The notes beneath the pieces were generated by a model, which saw only the letters and a list, made by a program, of their open reading frames with translations, searched no databases and was not told where the DNA came from. Positions 24,791-37,922 of a stretch of 64,000 nt of DNA are shown here, one piece after another (the first letter of the stretch is position 1; each line of letters starts with the position of its first letter). A program made the position numbers and the translations under genes. This DNA is from Hypanus sabinus (lineage: Eukaryota): positions 25,668,001 to 25,732,000 of the forward strand of contig NC_082723.1 of assembly GCF_030144855.1 (NCBI RefSeq), written 5' to 3'.

Positions 24791-25939
24791 CATACAAGAT
24801 CTTGAGAAGTCTTGACAGGATGGATGTTGAGAGGATCTTTCCCTTGTGTAGCAGAATCTAAGCGTTGTCTACTTAAGATGGATTGAGGCACAATTTTTTC
24901 TTGAAGGATGACTCTTTGTGATTCTCTACAGCACTGTGCACACACAGTCCTTGAAAAATTGTAATGCAGTGGTAGAAAGGTCTTGATAAACAAGGGGGGA
25001 AAGGTTACTGCAAGAATATGGAATTTACAATCAGATCAACCCATTGAATGGCAGGACAGGCTGGAGGAGCGGATTCATCTTATCCTGCACCTAATTTGAA
25101 TGTTTGTGTGAAAAGTATCTTCAATTTTAAATATGTTTCCTGTGCCTTACAGATCTGAACTATGTATAAAGTGCTTTCATTGAAATTCAAGTACTATTTG
25201 GAAGAGTTCCGTCTGTGAAAAATGTACGAAGTTTACATTACAATTCCATTCTGGTAGAATTTCATTGATAAAGAGATTTATTTCAATATACATAGAACAT
25301 TTTTGCAACCTAAACTTCTAATACAAACCTCCTTTACACAAATTATACAACTGCAACCTGCAAAATTTTGTTGATTGCAGCTTATGTTTAATTCAAATTT
25401 ACCATTGAATGTTGAAATAACCATAATTTTGTTCATCAAATGTATTTCCAAACATCTTTAGGTGGTAGTAGTGTGTTTTTAAAATTTATTTTATTTGTCA
25501 AGAGATACAGCGAGGAACAGGTCCTTACAGCCCAACGAGCTGCAGCCACCTATTTAACCCTAGCCTACTTACAAGAACAATTTACAATGACCAATTATCC
25601 TATTAACAGGCACATTTTTAGACTGTGGGAGGAAACCAGAGCACCCAGAGGAATCCCACATGGTCACAGAGGGAGAATGTACAAACTCCTTACAGGTGGT
25701 GCCTAAATTGAATTCTGAACTCCGGAACATCCCAAACCGCAATAGTGCCGCGCTAACATGGCACCCAAACCATGGTGTGTTCCAGTAGGACTGGCGCCAA
25801 TTGTAAATGACCATCAGCAGGTGAGCCAAGATCAGTTTTAAACATGGATGGGCTGTCAGCCTCTGCCTCAGCAAGAAAATTAGAATCTCCTAATGCTGTA
25901 AATGGTTAATCAAGAGCCACAAGGTAAAATTGCAAATTA

Positions 25940-26785
25940 GTCTACACTTGGAATATTCTGTGTAGCTCTGGTCATCTCATTACAGTAACAATGTGCAGCC
26001 TTTGGATAGGGTGCCAAGGAAATTCACCAGGATGCTTCCTTGATTAGGGAGCGTGTCTTATGAGGATAGGTTGAGTGAGCTAGGGCTTTTCTCATTGGAG
26101 TGAAAGATATTTAGAGGTGACTTGACAAGAGGCGTATATCAAGTAGAAAGCCAGGAACTATTTCCCTGGGTGGAACTGGCTAATATGTTTGTTCGTTTTG
26201 TGCTGTGTCGTATGACGTGGGTGATCACGGTCTTTCCATGGCCATGATAGTTCTTAGCAAATTTTTCTACAGAAGTGGTTTACCATTGTCTTTTCCTGGG
26301 CAGTGTCTTTACAAGACGGGTGACGCCCGTCAATACTCTTCAGAGATTGTCTTCCTGGTGTCAGTGGTCACACAACCAAGGCTTGTGATATGCACCGGCT
26401 GCTAGTACAGCTATCCATCTGCTCCCACGGCTTTATGTGACCCTGATCAGGGATGGGGGTGGGGGGGGGGGCTAAGTACCTCACCTACGGGTGACTTGCA
26501 GGCTAGCGGAGGGAGGAGCGCCTTATACCTGCTTTGGTGGAGACATATCTCCACCCCATCACCCAGGCCAATATCGGGGGCATAATTTTAAGGTGATTGG
26601 AGCAGAGTATAGGGGGGGGATGTCAGAATTAAGACTTTTGTGCAGAGTGGTGGCTGCATGGAATGCCCTGCCTGGGGTGGTGGTGCAGGCAGATGTACGA
26701 GTTTCAAAGAGTAGGTTAAAAGGTCAATACAATATGTGGGCCAGAGGGCCTGTACTATGCTGAAGTGTTCCATGTTCTATGCTTG
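25940..26785 (+). mobile_element. CR1 3' fragment interrupted by an RTE-tailed SINE (26188-26566, minus)
   Basis: HLEYSV.LWS..Y motif. GGC(T/C)AATAT is duplicated around the SINE. Confidence 0.75.
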
Positions 26786-26984
26786 ATTGAGAACTAAGAT
26801 CCAAATCATTCTTGAAAATTTGTTTGAACATCATAGAGCAAGCCAGCACAGAAGTGGCCCTTTGGACCATCAAGTCCATGCCAGCCAAATGGTATCTGAA
26901 GTGTGCTTAACAATGTTACTGATTTTCTTTCATCTTAACCAGCTGCCAAAATAATTGTACTTCTATGTTTCTGCTTGTTGCTAG

Positions 26985-27107
26985 ATAAACTACATTTTGG
27001 AATCCAGAGCAAGTTCGGCACGAGCAGACTACCAGGCTCAAAAGCAACGAAAACTTAGCAGAAGAACAAGCTTCAGTTTTCAAAAGGACAAAAAATCAGG
27101 ACAGTAG
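26985..27107 (+). CDS. MAPKAP1: MAPKAP1/SIN1 terminal coding exon
   Basis: Acceptor ttgttgctAG (26983-26984). Phase 0, in frame with the 3477-3574 exon. Translates [40 protein letters not shown], versus human [41 protein letters not shown]. The TAG is followed by TAA. Confidence 0.97.
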   Translation: MNYILESRASSARADYQAQKQRKLSRRTSFSFQKDKKSGQ

Positions 27108-28060
27108 TAAACAGTCGAGACAATTCTGCGGAGTGAGAGAAGGTCCACACTCCCACGGTATTATAGGTGGGAGACAGGACCATGAAGTTGTAACTATACA
27201 GGCTGCCAAGAACAGAGCACAGCAAAAGAAACTGATTAAAATTTAGGAGACATTGAGATCTCTTGCTACTCGTGTGTTCAAAGGATCCTCCGCTTCCTGT
27301 TTGGGACGCAGGCTTTCCTTCAATATTCTTCCTCTTAACAAGCAGCCATATCAGAGAAAAATGCAAGTGGCTCATTTTGCTTCCCTATGTTTTGATTCAC
27401 GGGGAGTATATAATCACCCAAGGATTATGGAGACAATAAGTTGCACTGTCAGACAAGTGACTTCACACAGGTGTCGTAGCTTGTCACTTGATCAAAGACA
27501 AAAGTTAATCATGTTGGGACAAAACCATGAAATTTCCTTTTCTGATTCCATAAAAAATACAATTACGGGATAAGTAGTTTAACAGTTTTTTTCTTAACAG
27601 CTGAATAATAGATTTTTTATTACCTCTGGAAGAAATAAACATTAGTTTTTACTGTGACCTGTAAATGTTCCTGCATTGTACCTGCTAACTATAATATAAT
27701 GACAAAGCACTGTGTAAAAAGAAAAAAAAAATAGCTGGTATTATTTCAATCTGTCATTTCAGACAGTATGGGAATGTATAATATGTTTAAAAACATTTTC
27801 TTCCTGGCAAAAATGTATAAAAATCTGTGGTTTCCAAACGCTGTTAACATTTAGTTGAAATATTCTTTATCAACAAGTTTGCACTGTAAATTTAAAACAA
27901 GCTCATATTTACAGGATTCTCCAAGAACAACTGCTGATTCAGACAATTTTACTTTCCATTTTCCTGTGTTCTGGACTCCCATTCAGTCCCCAAACTGAAG
28001 ATTTGTTCACATCAGCCATTTCCCTGGAGCAGTTTAATAAATTCAACCACTGTAAACATC
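27108..28060 (+). other. MAPKAP1: MAPKAP1 3' UTR (3' end uncertain)
   Basis: TE-free AT-rich sequence after the stop. AATAAA at 27634-27639 and 28036-28041 are candidate polyadenylation signals. Confidence 0.6.
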
Positions 28061-29452
28061 TCCACAGCATTCAGCAACCACTTAAACAAAATGAGTTAAA
28101 AGCCTGAAGTTCTCAAATGAATTGTGCAAACTCCCTTTCGATCATCTCACTGATATCAAGTTGATATTGGTGAGATTGAAGTCTGCTGCCTGATTCCTGC
28201 TTTAACAAGATGCTCTACTCTGCCTGCAAGTAAGTGTCATCAACCTGGGAGTGTGCAGCCTCAACTCCACAGACCTGCCTCCACTCCTCTAGATGCTTAC
28301 TCTGGCTATTGTCATCACTTCTGGGATCAGTTCACTGGGAGGCAAAAAAGGCAACTTTTCAAACTTTGCTCCACATTTAAGAAAATCAAATAACTGCACA
28401 TGTTGTAAATCTAAAGCAGGAACACTCAACAGGACGTCTAGCAGCTGTGGAGGGAGAAACAGGGACCTTCTGACAGGATCCAGGAAGAAAAAAATTCACG
28501 AGTCCCTTTCCAAGGATCTCATCTGAAATGTTAATTATTTCTAATTCCATGGATGCTGCCTCACCTGCTGAGTGTTTCTGTTTCTGTGTGCTCCATCTAT
28601 TTGATCCTGGACAGGAGAGTGATCCTCTAACTATTGTACTTTGCTGTCTCCCGCCCAGCAACTTCACAATCCCAGTTGCCCTGCACCTTCAATCTCATTT
28701 GAAGAAAAGGAAGAATAGCTTTTATGTGTCACAGGTACAGTAAAATGCAGCAAGGAATGAGCTCGGCAGCCCACAAACATCACTACGTTTCTGGCACCAA
28801 CATAGTATTCGCACAACTTACTGACCCTAATCTGTTTGCTTTTGGAATGTGGGAGGAAACCTACGTGGTCACAAGGAGAACATACAGACTTCTCACAGAC
28901 AACAACAGGAATCAAACCTCAATCTTAAAGCTGGGTTTATAATAGCGTTACACTGACGGCTGCATTCCTGTGCTGCCCTCTTTGCATTTGTTCTCTTTTA
29001 GCTCTAGATTTTCCTTGCACTCATGCACTGTGACCTTCCTGTTGTTATTCCCCATTATTAGACATAGGGGCAGAATCTTCTACTTTTAGCCGAGTCCAGG
29101 TGGACCATTATTCTAGTTGCACAAGGTCAAGTGGCTGGTGGGTGAGAATTCTTCTCACCAGTGCTCTTCAAGCAGGGTAATCTGCCATCCTGATGCAAAC
29201 TCCAGACAGCACTAGAGCAGCTGGTTCTCAGCTCTTCAAGGGTCAACAAGGGATTGCAAGCACTAATGTGAGTAAATAAGAACCCACCCATTTCCCCAAG
29301 AACCAATGGTATCTAGACTTGCTCTCTCCCTCATCATTCGCACCTTTACCTCTGGTTCCTATCTCTGCTGTTCATTCGCTTTCCTTTGTTCCCTTTGGGA
29401 TCTGGGTTAATATATAGAACAGTACAGCAGTACAGCATTCCCTTCAGCCCAT

Positions 29453-30269
29453 TGTTGAAAAAAAAGAGAGATACAGCTTCTACCTCTTCCAACGATTCTG
29501 AGTGAGGCACAGAGAGATCTGTATTTACTCACAATTACCTTTATTGTTCAAACTAACAAATACGTGAATTCATACACTAAATACCTTGTACGTACACCTG
29601 CTAAGTATCCCTGACTCTCCTGGATAGTCAAAGAATAGCAAAGGTATTACCCGGGCAGAGGAATTTACGCTGGCCAGGCGTTCCTTGTTCGTCGTGGTCC
29701 CGATTCACTCTCCACGTGCTTCACGCTGGGTTCTTCTCGCTTGTATCTGCGATGGTTATTCTTCAAAGTTACCGCCACCAGCACCCGCAAAGCATCCACT
29801 TTTATATCCATTTCTTATCAATTCAAATGTCGCATTCCCGTGTCATTGGTCGCAGGTCATGTGTCTGGCCTTTAACACCTGGTCATTGGCTCTGGTCCAA
29901 GCCAGCATCCATCTATTGTTCTCTTCCCATCAAGGCTGACTCATGGCTCTTTGTTCTCAGTCAGCAATGAGCTCGAATCACCTCAGGCATTCACAATCCT
30001 GCATGTTATAGCCAACCAAAGAACACTGCACAAATAGCTCCTTATTTGGAAATGACCTCCAGTCCAGCAGATTACCTGAAGAGTCTTTGTGTTGTCCTTA
30101 AAATACTGATCAAGCCCAGCATGTCAAGCTCACAAAATGAAGAATAGAGTGTCTTCACAAAATGGCAGCCTCCATCCCCCAAGCACACGGCAAGAACAAA
30201 GACCGCTTCCACTGTCCTTGATTCATTTGAATTCACTGATTTGAAGATTGTCATTCTTTCTGGCCAACA
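29453..30269 (-). mobile_element. Solo LTR (817 bp)
   Basis: TGTTG...CAACA termini and a perfect 4-bp TSD CCAT (29449-29452 and 30270-30273). The minus strand has CCAAT x2, TATAAAA (29800-29806) and AATAAA (29540-29545). It splits a CR1 tail. Confidence 0.88.
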
Positions 30270-30830
30270 CCATAATGTGCTGATCTTCTAACCTGCACTA
30301 AGATAAATCTAACCCCTCCCACATAACCCTCCATTTTTATTTCATGCACATCCCTAATCACCACTCATGGTTGTACTTTCCACACCCCCACCACTGTGTA
30401 AAATACAACCTACCTCTGATTTCCCCCCCCACCATACTTTCCTTCAATCAATTTTAAAACTATGCCTCTTCGTATTAGCCATTCCCACCCTGGTATAAAG
30501 GTGCTGGCTTTTGACTTTTATCTTTGTCTCTAAACATTTATACAGCTCTAACAAATCACCTCAAATCCTTCGATGCTCCAAAGAGAAAAGCCCTAGTTTG
30601 CTCAACCTTTCATCATGACACATGCTCTCTAATCCAGGGAGCATCCCAGTAAATCTCCTCTGCACCCTCGCTAAAGCTTTCACATGCTTCCTTTGAGGGA
30701 TCCAGACCCGAACACAATACTCCAAGTGTAGTCTAGCTAGTTTTATAGAGCCATGACAATATTTCACATTCATGAACTCAATCCTCCAACTAAAGGCCAA
30801 TGCAACATACGCCTTCTTAACCACCTATTG
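30270..30830 (-). mobile_element. CR1 3' fragment
   Basis: LARLHLEYCVRVW..LARVQRRFTGMLPGLE..ERLSKLGLFSLE. Confidence 0.85.
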
Positions 30831-31874
30831 ACTTTATTTTTGATAATGTGAAGCACCTAAGGAGTGGATACAGTTACTGCTTTTGAGAGCATCTGGGTAC
30901 ATAAAATTGTGTTACAACCATCAGTGATAGAGCAGTGAATTAATGCCAGTCAACATGGCAAGTACAAGAGGTTTAAGTCAAGGCACAGTATTTACATAGA
31001 CATCTTTTTTTAAACTGAATTTTAAGTTTCAGAATTTTCTTTTAATTTGACTTCTGAACTCATTCATTCTTAACTGAATTACAGAATAGATCTCTCCAAT
31101 TTAACAAGGGCAAAGTTCAAGAAGAAACTTTGTTTCATCACTACAATTAAAAGCATAGACCATCACTAGACAAGTGGTCATTTTTGTTCACCATTGGACA
31201 CCCATTTCAATTCAACTTCCCATTCCAACATGTTATCCAAGGCCTCCTCTAATCTGATGGCATGAATTTTGATTTCTCTAGCTTCTGGTACTTTCTCCTC
31301 CCTTACTATTTTAGATCATAAGACATAAGAGCAGAATTAGGCCATTCAACCCATCTAGTCCACTCTGCTATTTCATCATGGATGATCCGAGATCCCATTC
31401 AACCCCATAAACCTGCCCTCACACCATGTCTCTTGATGCCCCAACAAATCAGGAATCGCTTTCTCCATTCCTGATTTTGGTTCCCTCTCACACTTTCTCA
31501 CCTGCCCATCATCTCCCTCTGATTACCCTCCTTTCTTCCATCTTCCACTAAACGATCAGATTCCTCTATCTTCGGTCCTTTACCTCTTCCACCTATCACC
31601 TCCCAACATCTCCAAAGCCCCTAATGCATGTAATTATGAGAGAATGCTACACTTCTATTTACCTCTTTATAAACTGATTGTCTCTCTGCAAATGATAATT
31701 GGTTCATCGTCACCACACGTCCTGAGATGCAATAAAATGACCTTTGGACTTGAGCTCTGTGCATGATCAATACAAGGCAGTGGCCTGCATGACCAAAACC
31801 CAACCTCAAATCGTGATGCACCTATAGAACAAAAATGCAAAAGCTTTGATGCTGCTTTAAAGTTTTCTTTCTAT

Positions 31875-32515
31875 TAGAACATTAAACACTATAGATCAGT
31901 ACAGGCCCTACAGCCCACATTATGCCAGCCTTTTAACCTACTCTAAGATCAATCTGACCCTTCCCTCATACACAACCCTCCATTTTTCTGTCACTCATGT
32001 ACCTGTCTAAGTCTCTTAAGCACCCCTAATGTATCTGCCACTACCACCACCTCTGACAGGTTGTTCCATGCATCTCCTTAGTCTGTGAAAAAAATCACCC
32101 TCCTCTGACACCATACTTTCCTCCAATCAGCTGAAACGTAGAACTGCCCAGCCCAGGAACAGGCACTTCAGCCCACAATGGTATGCTGAACTAAATAAAT
32201 AAATTAGTAATCAAATGACCAACTAAACTAATCCCTTCTGCCTACACAATGTCCATGTCCTTCCATTTCCCTCACATTCATGGGTCTATCTGAACATCTC
32301 TTAAAAGTCCTTAATGTATCTGTCTCCACCACCATCCCAGGCAGGGCATTGCAGACACCCACCACTCTGCGTAAAACAAGAAAGTTTACCCCTCACATCA
32401 TCTTTGAACTTGCTTTCTCTCACCTTAAATGCATGCCCTCTGGTATTGGACATTTCAACCCCATGAAAAAGATACTGTCTGTCTATGTCTCTCATAATCT
32501 TATTAAAATTATGCC
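31875..32515 (-). mobile_element. Two CR1 3' fragments
   Basis: KIMRDIDRQYLF..SNTRGHAFKV motif. Confidence 0.75.
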
Positions 32516-33347
32516 CCATTGTATTAGCCATTTAGAATAAGATACAATTTCACTAACAAGGAAAAATTTTAATTGCAGCAAATTATTCCCTAATAATAAA
32601 GTTAGTGCTGTAGGAGTTCCGATAGTTTTATTTCCGTCTCCATCCCGCTCCAGCTTTCACCCATCTAACTTGGCCATTCTTCAAGGACGATCATAAACCT
32701 GAATTTTAAAGGAAGATATTTTACAGCTAGACCTTTAGAAGCAATTTCCTTGAGAGTTTCCTTTTTGAATTTTGCCGCAGTGGATCAGTTCAGATTGTAG
32801 AAAGATAAACTTTGTGTACACATCGTAGAAAGCTAACGGTTCCATAAATATGTCAATCTGCGGCGCTGATACAATTTGTACTTTTATGGATTTTTAGAGT
32901 TGCAATTGCAGTAAAATTTGGCACACTCTTCCTCAATCATGCACTTCCCAGTGTGCTGATAAACACCTTAATGGGTAAAATTGAAGTATTTTGCAATATG
33001 TCAACATAATTTCAGTTTTGCTTACAAACGTAGCTAAAAGATGGATTTAAATATTTTACTGAAGATCTTTTCACAAATTGCTTTTAAGAAAATGCAATAT
33101 AAATTCTTTTTATAGGGCATTATTGTTTTAAAAGGCTATAAAAGCCAATTTACCAATCCCATTTCTTGCTGCATCATTTTTTTCCTATGTTTTAATTCTC
33201 ATTTAATAATAAATGTTACATTAGCTATCTTAGCTGAAGTAGATTAAGAAGTAAGCAGAACGACTGATGCTGCAGTTCTGCTTTCTGTTGCTCAGGCTCG
33301 GTCAAGGAGCAGTGGGTATTCCAGCCCTTTGGGTCTGTTCCAAAATA

Positions 33348-33530
33348 TACACTCAGTGGCCACTTTATTAGGCACAGGAGTGAACCCCAGTGTGCCTTTT
33401 GCTGCTGGGGCACATTCCACTTCAACCTTCGATGTGTCGTGCATTCAGAGACGCTCTTCTGCACAAGTCTGTTATTTGAGTTGCTGTCCTCTTCGTGGGA
33501 GTTTGAACCAGTCTGACCACTCTCATTAAC
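33348..33530. mobile_element. Tc1-derived non-autonomous fragment
   Basis: TA|CACTCAGTGGCCACTTTATTAGG terminus. Homologous to 47034-47535. Confidence 0.7.
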
Positions 33531-34204
33531 AAGCTGAATGAGAGTTTTTTTTCACCCATATGAATGGCCTTCTATGCCATTTGGAATTATGATTATGGCC
33601 TTTAATTCCAGACTCCGACCAGCGTAGCTCCAGTCCGACAGCGTCAACATTAGAATCCCGCACATTCCAACGAGACCAGTTCTTGTTTGTATTAAAGTCA
33701 GAGGCTGTGCAAACACACGAAAATCTGTAGATGCTGGAAATCCAAGTAACATACACAAAATGCTGGATGAACTCAGCAGGCCAGGCAGCATCAATGGAAA
33801 AGAGTAAACAGTCGACGTTTCAGGCCCAGCCCATCTCCCTTTGACCTTTCACATGTGTTCACTAACCCCACCTATTCCGGGCATCAACTAATGGCAGCCC
33901 GTGAGAACGCTTCACATCTTTCTAAAGCTAACAGCCCATGATTTACTTGCAGACCTAAGACCTACAAAGATCACTGTAATTAGGAATTTGGCAGTTTCCA
34001 ATGCTTCCAACCCCGACCCCGTTCAGTCCTCAGACTGGTTGACTGGGACCCTCCACCCAGCATCCTCTTGGGCTGGAACACTGGGATCCTCTCTCCAAAT
34101 ACTCCAGGACAACAACACTGGAACTCTCCCCAGCTGCAAAAGGAAGAGGACTGAACATGGGGCTAGTAACCCAGAGCTACAGAAGCTCCACAAGCCTCAT
34201 TCCT

Positions 34205-34335
34205 GGGAGAGGTTGAATATACCAAGATGATCGGCTACACCTGGGGACAACTTGAAAGACTGGCTCAGGACAGAGGTCTCTAGTAAGCTGCTGTGGATAG
34301 CCTATGCCCCAGTAGGAGTTACGGGCTTGAGAAGA
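34205..34335 (+). mobile_element. RTE LINE 3' end
   Basis: GYTWGQLERLAQDRGL*.AAVDSLCP C-terminal motif. Confidence 0.7.
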
Positions 34336-36943
34336 CAGCAACACTGGGAACCCCAACCCTGCAAGTGGAAGAGTGATGGGTGTGATTGGGCCTGAAGGGC
34401 CTGTTACTGTGCTTATCTCGAAGTAAAAAATAAAGTGAAAATGTTCCTGAATTGTCCTAAGAAAAAAATGCAACAGAAACTGCAGGCATTTAATGATTTT
34501 GACAAGGTTTAATGACTTTGAACGTGAAAGTTCAATGTTCAAAGTAAATTTATTATCAAAGTACATATATGTCACAAAATACAACCTTGAAATCCATTAT
34601 CTTGCAAGCATTCATAGTAAATACAAAGAAACACAAGTGTCAAAGGCCACACCCAAACCACCAACAAATGCAAAAAGATAAAAAAAACAATAAATATCAA
34701 GAACATTAGAAAAGAAGTCTTTGAAAGTGAATGGTTAGGTTGTGGGAATAGTTCAGTGTTGGGGTGAGTGAAGTTATCCCCTCTGGTTCAAGAGCCTGAT
34801 GGTTTTGGGGTAATAACTTTCTGAACCTGGTGGTGTAGGTCCCAGCATGTCCCACCGTGCACAAGTGGTGAAGAATGTGAGATGCATTGATGTGCAGGCT
34901 TGGAGAGCAGTTCCAATACTCACTGGTAGTGTCTGTTCATCCGACTGGTTCCCCGTGTTAGGGACTAAAGATTCAGATTCAGATGTCCCAGCACCAACAT
35001 AGCATGCCTTCCATGTTCACCACAGGAGGTCCATAATTTTACTCACTCCTTCTTCCCCCGTCAATTATATGCGTGTTGATTTTTCTCTTTTGCTAAGCCC
35101 CCAAATCATAACTGGCATGTTCTGCCTTTGTAGTGAAATAAAGATACTATGAACATAAAGATAGACAAATACTGCACACGGCATGTCCACTTCTCACTGT
35201 CAGGGTGGCGCTAAGAGTCTGAAGACACACACTCAACATTTTAGGAACCGCTTCTTCCCCTCCACTATCAGATTTATGAATGGACAATGAACTCGTGAAC
35301 ACTAACTCATTTTTTCTTTTATTTGCTCGCTTTTTGCACTATTTATTTTAATATATGTCATCATGTGCTATATCACATGACATGGGCAATCATGGTCCTT
35401 ATGTCTGTCTTTAACCCTCTAGGGAAGATACCCTTCGTGCTGCTGTTCTTTTCTCAATCCACGACCATGATTGTTCTTGGGAAATTTTCCACAGAAGTGG
35501 TTTACCACTGGCTTCTTTTGGGCAGCGTCTTTACAAGATGGGTGACCCCAGCCATAATCACAGATTGTCACGTAACCAGGACTAGTGATATGCAGCAACT
35601 GCTCATACAACTGTCCACCACCTGTTCCCCTGGCTTCACGTGACCCTGATTGGGGGTCTAAGCAAGGATGGCCTGCAGGCTACTGGCAGGAAGGAACACT
35701 TACACCTCCTTTGGTAGAGACGTATCTCCAACCCTGCCACCCAAGATATATATATATATATCTCATATTTTAATTTGTAGTTTTTTTATTAAATATTACA
35801 ATGTACTGCTGCTGCAAAACAGCATATTTTACAACCTACCTCGTGATAATAAACCTGATTCTGTTTCTGATATGGTGTCTCTGCTGACCAAGATCACAAA
35901 TTAAACTTTCTCTCTGCCTGCTCATGAACTCCAAATCTTCATTCCCTGTCTGACCAAGTTCTTACCTTAATCCCTCTGAAACTCCACTGTCGTGTCTGCT
36001 TCCACCACAGCCCATGGGAGTGCATTCCAGGTACCCACCACTCCTGGTGTAAAAAAAGCTCTACTACTCCACCTTTACAACCACTCCTTCCCTTGCAAAT
36101 GACTGCCAGTCTTGCCCTCCAAAACTAGAGACAGAAGGGACTGCAGACGCTGGAACACAAAATGAACTGCTGGAGGAACTCAGCGTCTGTGGAGGAAAAT
36201 GAACAGTCAGCCTTTTGAGTCTAGAACCTGCAGAGGCTGAAAGATCTCCAGCAGCTTGATTTTTGTTACAATTGTTTTTGTTTGTGGGATCTTGCTCATC
36301 TCCAAATGCCGTCATTGCTTCTTTGATCATTTGATGCTGCTGTAGATCTGGTGTCTCCTGTATAATGGGCTGCACCAGGATACCTGCTAATCCAGCTGAA
36401 TGTTTACAGCATGAATGCTAGAGATTCTGCAGATGCTGAAATAACTCCGCAATCTATGGAGAGAAATAAAAAATTGGCATATCGGGGCAAGACCCTACGG
36501 TCGACTGTTTAATTTCCCTCTGTCAATTTTTACAGAAACTGTGGACTCATGGTCACCATTAAGATTAATTTTGTCACATGTACATGAAAACACAGTGAAA
36601 TGCATCATTTGAGTCGACGACCAGCACAGTCCGAGGAAGTGCCGGGTGCCCACAAGTGTCACCATTCTGCCGTCCACCAGCACAGCATGCCCACAAATTG
36701 GTCATCTTTGGAATGTGGGGGGAACCTGGGGCACCCCAGGGAAACCCACGCATTCCTGGGGGGAATGTGCAAACTCCTTACAGACTGCAGCGGAAATTGA
36801 ACCCCCATCTTACAGTTGGCTCTGTAAAGCATTACATTAACTACTTCATTGCCATGCTGCTCGATGTTTCTGATAGTAATGTTTTATTCCCAGTTCTGTT
36901 TTATTTAATTAGCTGAATTCATGCTCCCCAGCCGAACTTGTGG

Positions 36944-37210
36944 TAAATAAAAAACACAAAATGCTGGCAGAATTCAGCAGGCCAGACAGCATCTATGGGA
37001 GGAGGTAGTGACGACGTTTCGGGCCGAAACCCTTCATCAGGAGGGTTAACTTAGAATCAGAGCTAACATCAGGAAACCCTCCTGATGAAGGGTTTCAGCC
37101 CGAAACGTCGTCACTACCTCCTCCCATAGATGTTGTCTGGCCTGCTGAGTTCCGCCAGCATTTTGTGTTTTTTATTTATTTCCAGCATCTGCAGATTCAC
37201 TCGTGTTGCC
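36944..37210. mobile_element. Young palindromic Penelope-derived insertion with hammerhead cores on both strands
   Basis: 104-bp inverted arms 36944-37047 and 37075-37178 with few mismatches. CTGATGA-AGGGTTTC(A/G)GCCC-GAAAC-GTC at 37082-37109 (+) and 37013-37040 (-). Confidence 0.85.
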
Positions 37211-37922
37211 TTTGAGCTTGTGATAAGTTGGCTTATTATTTTCACACATAGCAAAAGTACAATGAAAACTTATCATGCATATTGATCATCTGGATTAGAC
37301 CATTACACAGTGCAATGAGGTAGTAAAAGGGAAAACAACAGAGAACAGAATAAAGTGTTACAGTTACAGAGAAAGTGCAATGTAGGTGGACAATAAGGTC
37401 AAGGGCCATAACAAGGTCGAGAGTCCACCTTTTCTGACTAGAAACCATTCAATAACAATGCAGAACAGAAGCTGACCTTCAGTCTGGTGGTACGTGCTTT
37501 CAGGTTCTTCCTCCTGGTGGGAACGGGGGAGAAAGTGCCTGGGGGTGTGTGGAGACTTTGATAATGCTGGCTGCTTTACAGACGCGGCGAGAGGGATGGA
37601 CACTCAGTGTCCCTGCTGCTCACGATCCGTGGAATTGTTGCCACGACGATTCGGACTGTTCCCGAGAGGTCAGGCATTCCTAGGAGCTTGTAGGGAGAGC
37701 AGCAGAATCAGAGTTAATATCACTGGCATACGTTGTGAAATCTGGCGTTGTGCAGCAGCAGTATGTATTGATAAAAGCATTATTATTATAAATAACAGAA
37801 ATATATATATTTAAAAAGTTACTTAAGTAGTGCAAAAAGAGAGAAAGAAAGTAGTTAATTCTCCATTCAGAAATCGGATGGCGAGAGGAAGATGATATTT
37901 CTGAATCAGTGCTTTCAGTCTC

